Origin: Candidatus Micrarchaeota archaeon
GTDB taxonomy: Archaea > Micrarchaeota > Micrarchaeia > Micrarchaeales > Micrarchaeaceae
Assembly (NCBI GenBank): GCA_964390895.1
Contig: CAYMJD010000001.1
Coordinates: 1 to 36,904, forward strand
Length of the DNA: 36,904 nt
Direction: 5' to 3'
Below, one piece after another: positions 1-8,222 of the stretch (its first letter is position 1; each line of letters begins with the position of its first letter). The translations under genes were made by a program, and so were the position numbers. The notes beneath the pieces are model-generated. The model was given only the letters and a program-made list of their open reading frames with translations. It was not told the DNA's origin and ran no database searches.

Positions 1-600
1 GTAGTTGTCTCCGGGGGAGGCTGTCAGCGCAAGTCGGGGCACACCCGCTTCTATAGCTGCCCTTGCAACAGCATTGTGGGGATGATCGCCGACGCTGTAA
101 TGGCTCTCGTCAGATATCACAAGCGAGAACTCGTGAAGCGACAGTCTGTGTGCCTCTATGTCCCGCGATATGGAGTGCGACGTTCCCACTATTATAGAGG
201 GATTGGCAGAATATATCCTGCATCTGTCAGATGGATCTGTCAGGTCACCTACCACAACAGCTATCTTATCCTCTGGAATGCTCATGTGGTGGATGAATCT
301 TTCTGCCTGCTGCAGAGCAAGCGGTCCCGTGTGCGTTAAGAACATAATTTTACCTTCATTGAGCTTATAGCCTGCGACTATCTCGGCTATGTAGGTCTTG
401 CCGGAGTTTGTCGGAAGCACCACAAGCGTTGATACCGGCTCGCCATCTCCTGTGCGTTTAAGTGCAGACAGCGCAACCTTTTTCTGGTATTCTCTCGGGA
501 TAAGGCTGTCATCTTTTAGATTCTCCCCATGAAATTCGACGGGTGACCCTTTTGATGATGGTTTTTCAGCTCCAAACAACTCCAACTGTTTCGAATACAC
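1..600 (-). CDS. DExH-box superfamily 2 helicase, Hef/FANCM-like N-terminal part (partial, runs off the window edge)
   Basis: I translated the minus strand by hand; this ORF is not in the supplied track because it has no stop in the window. The product reads VYSKQLELFGAEKPSS...LIPREYQKKVALSALK...VLPTNSGKTYIAE (Walker A/motif I) ...FLTHTGPLALQQAE...VISDESHYSV (DExH motif II) ...LTASPG (motif III). An in-frame stop lies upstream at 628-630 and the first plausible start is GTG at 600. Confidence 0.75.
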   Translation of the reverse strand, partial: MYSKQLELFGAEKPSSKGSPVEFHGENLKDDSLIPREYQKKVALSALKRTGDGEPVSTLVVLPTNSGKTYIAEIVAGYKLNEGKIMFLTHTGPLALQQAERFIHHMSIPEDKIAVVVGDLTDPSDRCRIYSANPSIIVGTSHSISRDIEAHRLSLHEFSLVISDESHYSVGDHPHNAVARAAIEAGVPRLALTASPGDNY

Positions 601-739
601 CGCTTTTCCCCTGACTATGCTACAAGGTTAATCTTGTAATGCAAATTCTTATAAGCCTAAACAGGCGAGTCATATCGATTTACTGGCATCACGTTAAGGC
701 CCTAAATACACCGTAAATAACGGTAATCCCATCCCTGGC

Positions 740-1333
740 CTATCTCGTTAGTTTCAACCTTGCATGGCTTTCATTGTTCAGGCTCGCAGCCCACTCCACA
801 GCCTGTTTGTTCTCTTTCTTTTGATCCTCCAATCCCGCCTGTCCTTCTTGCTCCTTGGCTTTCTTTTTGATTGCCCCTACATGTCGACCATACATTGCCC
901 CTATCATTGCCAGCCTGAATGGAGTCGTCACGCTTCCGTCGCTCTGGTCTATTGCATTGATTATTGTCTGGATATACCTCCTTTCTGCCGATAACGCCTT
1001 TATCCGCGCCCTTATCCCAAGCCTTTCCATAACTCCCTTGGTCCTGGTTCTCGCAATCTCGGCTTCCTCCCTTCTTATGTCTAGCTCCTCGGCCCTCTTT
1101 CTGAACCTGACCGCGCTTTTTTGCATCGCCCGTACATTCTCCGGATGCATTCCCAAAACGTTTTGAATGCCCCGTCTGGAAGCTGCGGCAAGCGGCGGCC
1201 TTAAAATATCCTGCCACCTGTTTACTCCCTGTTCGGACCTGACAGCTTGGTCATAATGCGCCGCAACACCGAGAGTGTTCGAATCATGGCTTTTGCTTAA
1301 AGCATTTGACATTCTATGCTTTGTTGCTTCCAT
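740..1333 (-). CDS. hypothetical protein (Arg/Lys/Glu-rich, probably helical)
   Basis: A 197-aa ORF fills the gap between flanking genes, with no recognisable family motif. The overlapping ORFs 764..994, 771..1217 and 855..1166 look like low-complexity shadows. Confidence 0.45.
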   Translation of the reverse strand: MEATKHRMSNALSKSHDSNTLGVAAHYDQAVRSEQGVNRWQDILRPPLAAASRRGIQNVLGMHPENVRAMQKSAVRFRKRAEELDIRREEAEIARTRTKGVMERLGIRARIKALSAERRYIQTIINAIDQSDGSVTTPFRLAMIGAMYGRHVGAIKKKAKEQEGQAGLEDQKKENKQAVEWAASLNNESHARLKLTR

Positions 1334-1550
1334 ACAGGCACCATAATATTATATGGTTTCAAATACATATACTTTTCTGTGCGGATTATGGCAGAGTTCA
1401 GGTCATTTAAAGGCATTGCAAACAATCTTGCAGACCGTAATAAAAGCGAACTTTCCCACCGACTCACAGAAATCTATAATAATCCAAGCATCCATTTTAT
1501 AAGCAGGTGTTAAATGAGCCCTAGCGATCCTGCCGGTCGCTAGACGAATT

Positions 1551-2228
1551 TTGGTGCTTTTTATACGACTTGAAGAAACGATAGTGTTCATAGACGCCGG
1601 TTATCTGAGCAAGATAGCAGAGGCCGTCTGTGCGAAGAGGAAACCAGATTACGATGTGAACCAGTTCGCGCACACGCTCGCGAGGAACGAGAAGCTCTGG
1701 TGCAAGAGCGTCTATTACTATGACGCTCCCCCTTTTCAGGATCCGAGACCCAACAAGATCCAGAAGGAGAGGAAGGCAGGCTACGACAGGTTCAAGAACT
1801 CGCTGCGCAACGCCAAGGGGTTTGTGATAAGGGAGGGCCGACTCCAGAAGATAGGGAAAAAGTACACGCAGAAAGGGGTTGATACCCTTCTAACCATGGA
1901 TCTGCTCGAGGCTCCGTTCCAGCAGAGGGTAAAGAAAATCATACTCATAGCCGCAGATACCGACTTTGTACCTATACTCAAGAAGATAAAGGAAAGAGGA
2001 GTATATGTCATACTCTATTATTACACAGACAGAGTGCGTCATTCAAGGTTCTCGATGTCGAACCACATAATGACCGCTGCAAGCAGGTGCACCCAAATAA
2101 GAAAGGAATACTTCGATAGAAGCAGGTTGACGAGAAAAGCGGACCGGCCCAAACCCCATCCACGAACGCAAGCGCGAAGGCAGAAAACAGTCCCATCAAA
2201 ACACGTGAAGCGCCCACCATCTCATTAG
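1551..2228 (+). CDS. NYN-domain (LabA/DUF88-like, PIN-like fold) protein
   Basis: IVFIDAGYL near the N-terminus and KIILIAADTDFVPILKKIKERGVYV match the NYN/LabA acidic motifs. The start is uncertain: there is no ATG, and TTG 1551, GVG 1554 or GTG 1584 are possible. The basic C-terminal tail overlaps the convergent AAA gene by 33 nt. Confidence 0.7.
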   Translation: MVLFIRLEETIVFIDAGYLSKIAEAVCAKRKPDYDVNQFAHTLARNEKLWCKSVYYYDAPPFQDPRPNKIQKERKAGYDRFKNSLRNAKGFVIREGRLQKIGKKYTQKGVDTLLTMDLLEAPFQQRVKKIILIAADTDFVPILKKIKERGVYVILYYYTDRVRHSRFSMSNHIMTAASRCTQIRKEYFDRSRLTRKADRPKPHPRTQARRQKTVPSKHVKRPPSH

Positions 2229-3707
2229 CTTCTTGATTCTTATCCTCGTGGAGCTGGTGTTCTTCTTTATATCCTTTACCATTGTCTTGTAGAGAATCTT
2301 TTCTTGCGGGTCGAGCTTTCCTTCCTTGACTATCTCCTGCTTCTTTCCGTCGACAATCTGCGTCTCTGTCTTGCTTATCACGTCCTTCTTTACCATCGAG
2401 TACCATTCATCCAAAGAGCTGCCGCTTATGTCCTTGTCCTTCAGTATCGCCATCATGTCGTTCATGTTGAGCTTTCTCTCTTGCTTGTGCTCGTGCTCGT
2501 GCAGCAAAGGCCTCATTGCTGCCTTGTCGCATATCCTTTCTATGTCTGCAGGGCTGTAGCCCACTGTCGCCCTCGCAAGCCTGCCACAGTCTATGCTGCT
2601 CTTTGGCTTGTTCTTCGTATACAGGTCGAAAAGCCCTACTCTGTCCTTGTATTTGGGCGGGCTTATGTAGACAGCGTCGCCGAACCTTCCGCTCCTCTTC
2701 AGTGCGGGGTCTATGTCCCAAGGCTGGTTGGTGGCCCCCATGACGAATATTCCTTCAGGGTTCGCTTCCACGCCGTTCATCTCTACAAGGAACTGGTTGA
2801 CCGCAAGCCTCAATGCAGAGCTCTCCCCTCCTTCATGGCCTCCCCCTCTCTTGACTCCCAATGCGTCAAGCTCGTCGAAGAATATTATGCACGGGGTGTT
2901 CTGCCTCGCCTGCTCGAATATCGCGTGGAGGTTCTTCTCAGTGTTGCCCGTGTACATGTCAATGATCTGGTTTATCCTTGCTATTATCACGTTCGCTCCT
3001 GACTCTCCGCCTATGGCATTGACTATGTGCGTCTTACCTGTACCCGGAGGACCGTATAGCAAAAGCCCAACACCCAGCTTCTTGCCGTATTTCTTGAAGA
3101 GTTCGGGCTCCTGCATGGCCAGTACAACATTCTCTTTGAGGAATTTCTTCACCTTCTCAAGCCCTATCACCCTGTCAAACTTTATGTTCGACTTGTAGAA
3201 CGCAATCTTTTTTATCTGGCCCTCCTCTATGACTGTCTCGTCCTTCTTCTGGGCCGGCTTCATCATCTGCAGCTCAGCCTGCGCCGCCGCACCAGTATTC
3301 CCGGCATCCATGTGCAGCAGCGAATCTATATGCTCGAGCCTGTTCTTCGCCTCGTTGTAGTTCGGGTCAATCGCCGATGAGCGTTCGTACCAAAACCTTG
3401 CCCCTAGCAGGTCATTGTTCTGTTCAGAAATGTCACCCATGAGGAGCGGCGCATCAGGGCTCTTCGGCTCCAGCTCCATGACCTTCTGGAGGTCCTTCTT
3501 CGCCTCGTCGAAGTTCTTAAGCAGTGTCTGGTTGAGCGCCCTGTTGAAGTAGGCGCTGGCGTAAGCGTCGTCGATCTTGATCGCTTCGCCATATTCCACA
3601 ACAGCCTCCTGAAACTTGCTCTCATCGAAGAGACTGTTGGCTCTGGTCCAGTGCTCCTTTGCCTTCGGGTCTATCTCCCTTTTTGCAGGGGCAGCCTCCT
3701 CTCCCAT
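2196..3707 (-). CDS. AAA+ ATPase (classical AAA clade) with N-terminal TPR repeats
   Basis: Walker A is LLLYGPPGTGKTH and Walker B is CIIFFDELDAL. A second region of homology reads ATNQPWDIDPALKRSGRFGD. The N-terminus has TPR-like repeats (AVVEYGEAIKIDDAYASAYFNRALN..., ARFWYERSSAIDPNYNEAKNRLE). Confidence 0.85.
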   Translation of the reverse strand: MGEEAAPAKREIDPKAKEHWTRANSLFDESKFQEAVVEYGEAIKIDDAYASAYFNRALNQTLLKNFDEAKKDLQKVMELEPKSPDAPLLMGDISEQNNDLLGARFWYERSSAIDPNYNEAKNRLEHIDSLLHMDAGNTGAAAQAELQMMKPAQKKDETVIEEGQIKKIAFYKSNIKFDRVIGLEKVKKFLKENVVLAMQEPELFKKYGKKLGVGLLLYGPPGTGKTHIVNAIGGESGANVIIARINQIIDMYTGNTEKNLHAIFEQARQNTPCIIFFDELDALGVKRGGGHEGGESSALRLAVNQFLVEMNGVEANPEGIFVMGATNQPWDIDPALKRSGRFGDAVYISPPKYKDRVGLFDLYTKNKPKSSIDCGRLARATVGYSPADIERICDKAAMRPLLHEHEHKQERKLNMNDMMAILKDKDISGSSLDEWYSMVKKDVISKTETQIVDGKKQEIVKEGKLDPQEKILYKTMVKDIKKNTSSTRIRIKKLMRWWALHVF

Positions 3708-3848
3708 AACACGACCTCAAGATACAATCTGTATTTCAGATATGGATATTAATAAATATAAGCTTAATACCTCTTTTATGCTGACAGTTTTTTGCGGCAC
3801 AGAACGCTTAAATGGGTTATCATAGTATAAAGCTTATCAAGGGTTTTC

Positions 3849-5291
3849 ATGTCCAAAGAAGATGATAAATTCTCGGATCTGCTCTCGAGGCTCCCGTACA
3901 CGTACGACAAAACAGCAGACGCAGAACGCATAAAATCAGATTATGAGAAATTCTCCGGCAAGCTTGTGTCTGTTGCGGGCAGGATCGTTGCCGTGAGGAA
4001 CTCGGGCAAGCTGGTGTTCATTGATCTGCTGGACAGCACGGGCAAGATTCAGTGCTGCTTCAATTACAACATTATCGGCGAAAAAACGCTCTCGGAAGTG
4101 AAAACGCTCAACTCCGGCGACATAATAGGGGCAAGCGGTAAGGTATTCAAGACCAAGCCCGGCGAAATCAGCGTCAATGCTGAAGAGTTCACGCTGCTCT
4201 CCAAGGCGATGCTGATGCTACCTGACAAGTGGAAGGGCCTCCAGGACATAGAGACAAGATACAGAAAAAGGTATCTTGATCTGATAGTCAACAAGGAAGC
4301 AAGGGAGATATTCGTCAAGAGGGCCAGGATCACAAAAGCGATCCGTGATTACATGGACGGCAACGGCTTTCTCGAGTTCGAAACCCCTGTAATACAGCCG
4401 CTTTATGGGGGTGCGGATGCAGAGCCCTTCAAGACGTTCGTCAACACATTGAATGAAACAGACTACCTAAGGATAGCGAACGAGCTTTATCTCAAGAGGC
4501 TGATAATAGGGGGCTTCGAGAGGGTCTATGAGATATACAAGGCGTTCAGGAACGAGGACATAGACAGCACCCACAGTCCGGAATTCACCATGATGGAGGC
4601 CTATCAGGCATATACAGACTATGAAGGCATGATGAGGTTCACAGAGAATCTCCTCAACCACATAGCGAAGAGCGTCTTCAAAAGTGATGCAATAGGGTAT
4701 CAAGGCGAGAAGCTTGATTTCAAGGGGCCTTTCAAGCGCGTCAACTACATAGACGGAATAAATAGCGAACTCGATGCAGATGTGCTCTCGTTGTCTGATG
4801 AACAGCTCTTCAAATTGGCGGAAAAGCAGGGCATAAGGTTTGAGAAGGGGAAGAGGTTCAGGGCGCACGCCTACGACAAGCTCTTCAGCCTTTTCGTACA
4901 ACCGAAACTGCAGCAGCCAACGTTTGCGATCGACTTCCCTGCGGAGACCTCGCCATTGACAAGGGCGAAAAGGGGCAACCCGGAGCTTGTCGAGCGGTTC
5001 GAGCTGTATATTGCAGGCATGGAGCTGGCGAACGCCTATTCAGAGCTGAACAACCCCATTATTCAGAGAAAAAATTTCGAGGCAGAAGGAGAAAAGGCAA
5101 AACAGGGGGACAAGACAGCCGAGCCCCCTGACATGGAGTTCATAGAGGCGATGGAGCACGGCATGCCGCCGACAGGGGGCATAGGCATAGGCATTGACAG
5201 GCTGATAATGATCCTCACGAACCAGACATCGATAAAAGAGGTTATCGCCTTCCCGATGGAGAAAAGAAAGGGTCAAAATCCCAAACCATAG
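3849..5291 (+). CDS. lysS: lysyl-tRNA synthetase, class II
   Basis: The N-terminal OB-fold region is followed by class II motifs: FLEFETPVIQPLYGGADAEPF, YLRIANELYLKRLIIGGFERVYEIYKAFRNEDIDSTHSPEFTMMEAYQAY, ELANAYSELNNP and GMPPTGGIGIGIDRLIMILTNQTSIKEVIAFP. Confidence 0.92.
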   Translation: MSKEDDKFSDLLSRLPYTYDKTADAERIKSDYEKFSGKLVSVAGRIVAVRNSGKLVFIDLLDSTGKIQCCFNYNIIGEKTLSEVKTLNSGDIIGASGKVFKTKPGEISVNAEEFTLLSKAMLMLPDKWKGLQDIETRYRKRYLDLIVNKEAREIFVKRARITKAIRDYMDGNGFLEFETPVIQPLYGGADAEPFKTFVNTLNETDYLRIANELYLKRLIIGGFERVYEIYKAFRNEDIDSTHSPEFTMMEAYQAYTDYEGMMRFTENLLNHIAKSVFKSDAIGYQGEKLDFKGPFKRVNYIDGINSELDADVLSLSDEQLFKLAEKQGIRFEKGKRFRAHAYDKLFSLFVQPKLQQPTFAIDFPAETSPLTRAKRGNPELVERFELYIAGMELANAYSELNNPIIQRKNFEAEGEKAKQGDKTAEPPDMEFIEAMEHGMPPTGGIGIGIDRLIMILTNQTSIKEVIAFPMEKRKGQNPKP

Positions 5292-5325
5292 ATTACATTA
5301 CTTCTTGCTTTGCATAAACAGAGGT

Positions 5326-6099
5326 TTATACTTCTGTGTCTAAACGTGCTCTCCTTAGAAGCTCTTGTGGCTCTAATATGCGTTCGTCTTCTATGCAGAA
5401 AGTCGCAATCCTTTTGACTTCTGGAATCGCAAAAGGTGAAGCTATGGAGAATCCCGCAGCCATCATCATAGGTATATCAGAGCCTTGGTCCCCCATAACC
5501 ACGCAATTGCCTACCCTTATCTTACGTTTTGCAAGCATGTTGTGTACCGCCTCTAACTTCTCCCTTCCGTTCTTTATAACTAAGTTCACGCCTTTCAATC
5601 TGCCCCCCTCATCAAAGAGATCAACATTTGAAACTGCATCGTAAAATCCGAAAATTCTTTTTGCGGCTTCAGCTATGGTGGATCCATTTGTACTTGCCAA
5701 AAATATGTACTTGGGGGAGTTATAAAATGCACGGATTATCTCGGATGTCGCTTTAATCCTGTGCCCATAGATATAATGATAAGCGAACCTGCCCATCTCT
5801 TCATGTGTGCCAATCCCATTCCCTATCAGTTTATCATAGAATAGCTTAAGGCCTTGCGAGCTGTCCTTCTCGCTTCCAAGGCTTTCTCTTACTAACTTCT
5901 TTACTTCAAAATAGCCGGTTATGCCATTGTACGCCCGCCTTAGGTAGAGTGTTTTTAGCGCATTCACTATGTATGGTATTCCTATACCGTGCTCCGCAAC
6001 GTTATTTTTCCATGCAGTTCTATCGCCGTCACTAACCAAAGCATCGGCAGTTGCTATGGCTTTTCTTATGCCCTCTTGATTCTTCAATTCAAATCCCAT
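5326..6099 (-). CDS. HAD-superfamily hydrolase (SerB-like/HAD-IB-like)
   Basis: A DxDxT-like motif I (SDGDRT) lies near the N-terminus and a motif III-like GDQGSDIPMMMAAGFSIASP near the C-terminus. The gene looks more AT-rich than its neighbours (by eye, not computed). Confidence 0.6.
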   Translation of the reverse strand: MGFELKNQEGIRKAIATADALVSDGDRTAWKNNVAEHGIGIPYIVNALKTLYLRRAYNGITGYFEVKKLVRESLGSEKDSSQGLKLFYDKLIGNGIGTHEEMGRFAYHYIYGHRIKATSEIIRAFYNSPKYIFLASTNGSTIAEAAKRIFGFYDAVSNVDLFDEGGRLKGVNLVIKNGREKLEAVHNMLAKRKIRVGNCVVMGDQGSDIPMMMAAGFSIASPFAIPEVKRIATFCIEDERILEPQELLRRARLDTEV

Positions 6100-6150
6100 A
6101 CGTTCACTACTAATAGATATAGTTACCTAAATATTTATAACTTTATAAGT

Positions 6151-6474
6151 AGTATAGTTGATTGCTGTGTCCAATAAATAGTCAAATTCGACACAACCAA
6201 CTGAAATTTGTCCCGCCGTCTATTCAAAACGTGATAAATCTGTTCAGTATATTTGTTTTTATCACAATTTCATTGTAGACATTCTTTCTTTTCCTTGAGA
6301 AAACGTATTCTCCAAATCTGGTTAACCAAACGATGGTTTATATCTTTCCAATTCCTATGGTCGTTCATGTTTGTCGCCAAAACAAACATGCCCTAGGGGT
6401 TTTATAAACCCTTAGGGAATAGGGAATTATTGGACACAGCACCGTATTGTAGTATAAATAGTGCCAACTATACT
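6151..6474. repeat. nested inverted-repeat element (MITE-like or structured-RNA-like), about 324 nt, AT-rich, without a long ORF
   Basis: - Inner inverted repeat: perfect 14 bp, gctgtgtccaataa (6164-6177) with ttattggacacagc (6427-6440).
- Outer inverted repeat: perfect 10 bp, agtatagttg (6151-6160) with caactatact (6465-6474).
- Inside: two adjacent hairpins, one with a 9-bp stem (6366-6374/6382-6390) and one with a 12-bp stem (6391-6402/6406-6417). Confidence 0.7.
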
Positions 6475-6738
6475 TGCTCCTGAAAAAAAGCCAAAAAGAA
6501 TGCATGTATTTAATGCAATACTCGACACATCCCCAATGAGGCCTAAATATCGCATGCCTTCCCGGCTCGCCCTGTTCCGCCTTGTATCCATGCTATTGAA
6601 AAATCAGTAAACCCTTTTGCTGTTTAATCAATTATTATCAATTATTATCTGATAATTAACAGCACACAATTCGTTAAATACGATGACGCGGCAGAATATG
6701 TTATAAGGCGCTTGAAAGATGAGGGCTTGACGTGAATA

Positions 6739-6823
6739 TGCAGGAGGAGAGATTTGAACTCTCGAACCCCTAAGGGAGCGGGCCCTGAACCCGTCGCATT
6801 TGACCAGGCTTTGCTACCCCTGC
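6739..6823 (-). tRNA. tRNA-Leu (anticodon CAG), class II tRNA with long variable arm, no intron, CCA not encoded
   Basis: I folded it by hand. The minus-strand sequence is GCAGGGGTAGCAAAGCCTGGTCAAATGCGACGGGTTCAGGGCCCGCTCCCTTAGGGGTTCGAGAGTTCAAATCTCTCCTCCTGCA.
- Acceptor stem: 7 bp, GCAGGGG/CTCCTGC.
- D stem: 3 bp, with GG in the loop.
- Anticodon loop: TTCAGGG, giving anticodon CAG.
- Variable arm: CCC-TTA-GGG.
- T arm: GAGAG-TTCAAAT-CTCTC.
- Discriminator base: A. Confidence 0.9.
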
Positions 6824-6887
6824 GCAGTAATAATAAATATAGTAGCATTAAATAGCCTTTTCATTCATTTCATTCATTTAGGATTGC

Positions 6888-8222
6888 ATGCTGAAAGACA
6901 AGAACACAATAAGCGTGAGGCTCGCAACAGCTGTAGGGGTAGGCGCCATAATAGGCGCAGGCATATTCGTGCTCAGCGGCACCGCCATAGCCATCGCGGG
7001 CGCCAATGCGCTCTATGCATTCCTCTTTGTGGGCATACTCTCAATAATAGTGGCGCTTGAGCTGGGCGAGCTGGCGTCCATAATGCCCAATGAAAAAGGT
7101 GGCGTATATTCATACGCGTACAACGCCTTCGGAAGCGAGCTCGGCTTCATAACTGGCATACTCCTGTATTTCAGCTTCTCTACTGCCATATCCGTCATAT
7201 CTCTGGGATTCGGCTCCTACCTAGCCACAATGCTCGGGCTTTCCTCCATCTTCTCGATACTGTTTGCGATACTTCTGATATTCGTGCTCTCCATCGTCAA
7301 CATAATAGGCATCAAGAAAGCGGCAGAGACAGACTTCGGGCTGGTGGTAATAAAGCTCGTAGTCCTCTCAGCATTCATAGTAGCGGCGCTCTTCTTCGCC
7401 TCAAACAGCGGTGTCCTGGCCCTCTCTAACTTCAGCGTTTCTCCATCCCAGGGCACAGTGGCCGCGCTCTTCGCCGCCAGCATCGTCGTGTTTTTCGCGT
7501 ATTCGGGAAAGCAATCCGTGGCTACGCTTACCCCCAAGATAAAGGGCAAAGGTAAAGGGGCGGCAAAGGCGATACTCTTCGCCGTCATAATCAGCATAGT
7601 ATTCTACGTGGCAATAGTCGCGGTGCTGCTCGCTGCAGTCCCTGCCTCGAAATTCACGATTAATGCAGACCCATTGGCGTTCGCCTTAAGGTACATACAT
7701 GCACCGTATTCGCTGCTCTTGCTTGTGAGTATAGGTGCGCTCGTCGCGACCGCATCAGCAACCTTGGCGACCATACTGAGCGCCTCCAGGTCGCTTTATC
7801 AGATAAGCGCGGACAAGCTGCTCCCCCGCGTTCTGAGGAAATACAACAGCAAAAGCGACGTCGCCATAAACGGAGTAATCATATCCGCAGTGATCGGGGT
7901 GGTGATGCTCTTCTCGGGCAACATATACCTAATAGCGGCGATAAGCAACTTCGGGCTCCTCTTCTCGTATCTTATAGCGAGCTTCGCTGTCATACATTTC
8001 AGAAGGATAAAGAGGGTGCCTGACGGGGCGGCAGGCTTCAAGATGCCCCTCTACCCCTATCTTCCGATAGTGGCGATAGTGCTGCTCATAGTGTTCATAA
8101 TGTTCATGCCCAACGAGTCGCTGATGATAGGGATAATAATGATGATACTGCTCCTTGTGGCGTATTACTTCCTGAGGGAGTTCAGGGAGAAGCGCGTCGT
8201 CAAGGTAGCGCTCTTCAAGTGA
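6888..8222 (+). CDS. APC-superfamily amino acid/polyamine permease
   Basis: A 444-aa polytopic membrane protein with about 12 hydrophobic segments. The N-terminal signature GVGAIIGAGIFVLSGTAIAIAGANALYAFLFVGILSIIVALELGELASIMPNEKGGVYSYAYNAFG is typical of APC transporters. Confidence 0.85.
   Translation: MLKDKNTISVRLATAVGVGAIIGAGIFVLSGTAIAIAGANALYAFLFVGILSIIVALELGELASIMPNEKGGVYSYAYNAFGSELGFITGILLYFSFSTAISVISLGFGSYLATMLGLSSIFSILFAILLIFVLSIVNIIGIKKAAETDFGLVVIKLVVLSAFIVAALFFASNSGVLALSNFSVSPSQGTVAALFAASIVVFFAYSGKQSVATLTPKIKGKGKGAAKAILFAVIISIVFYVAIVAVLLAAVPASKFTINADPLAFALRYIHAPYSLLLLVSIGALVATASATLATILSASRSLYQISADKLLPRVLRKYNSKSDVAINGVIISAVIGVVMLFSGNIYLIAAISNFGLLFSYLIASFAVIHFRRIKRVPDGAAGFKMPLYPYLPIVAIVLLIVFIMFMPNESLMIGIIMMILLLVAYYFLREFREKRVVKVALFK

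Noticed and set aside
76-370. Plus-strand ORFs 76..339 and 158..370 from the track
   Set aside because: The opposite strand encodes a continuous helicase sequence with motifs I, II (DESH) and III (TASPG). The plus-strand ORFs have no motifs and an odd composition (Cys/Trp/Arg-rich), so they are shadow ORFs.
1334-1550. 217-nt divergent intergenic region searched for C/D-box sRNA or tRNA-like features
   Set aside because: I found no RUGAUGA/CUGA box pairs and no cloverleaf. There is only a weak 5-bp hairpin (agcga...tcgct), so this is most likely just a divergent promoter region.
2304-3198. Plus-strand ORFs (232, 161, 77, 75 aa) antisense to the TPR-AAA gene
   Set aside because: These are shadow ORFs inside a gene with clear Walker A/B motifs.
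6151-6474. Replication origin (ORB-type inverted repeats flanking an AT-rich unwinding element)
   Set aside because: No orc1/cdc6 gene is nearby, and the repeats do not resemble ORB or mini-ORB consensus elements as far as I can recall them. There is only one repeat pair of each kind. I kept this only as a remote alternative in the finding.
6427-6591. 54-aa minus-strand ORF (MDTRRNRASREGMRYLGLIGDVSSIALNTCILFGFFSGASIVGTIYTTIRCCVQ) in the AT-rich region
   Set aside because: It is short, has no recognisable motif and lacks an obvious promoter or Shine-Dalgarno motif. Its 3' end runs into the inverted repeat. It could be a small membrane peptide, but the evidence is insufficient to call it.
6629-6648. 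Tandem caattattat x2, and cattcattt x2 at 6862-6879, considered as possible CRISPR or other repeat arrays
   Set aside because: Each is only two short AT-rich units with no spacers. They most likely reflect promoter or low-complexity sequence and are not a CRISPR array.
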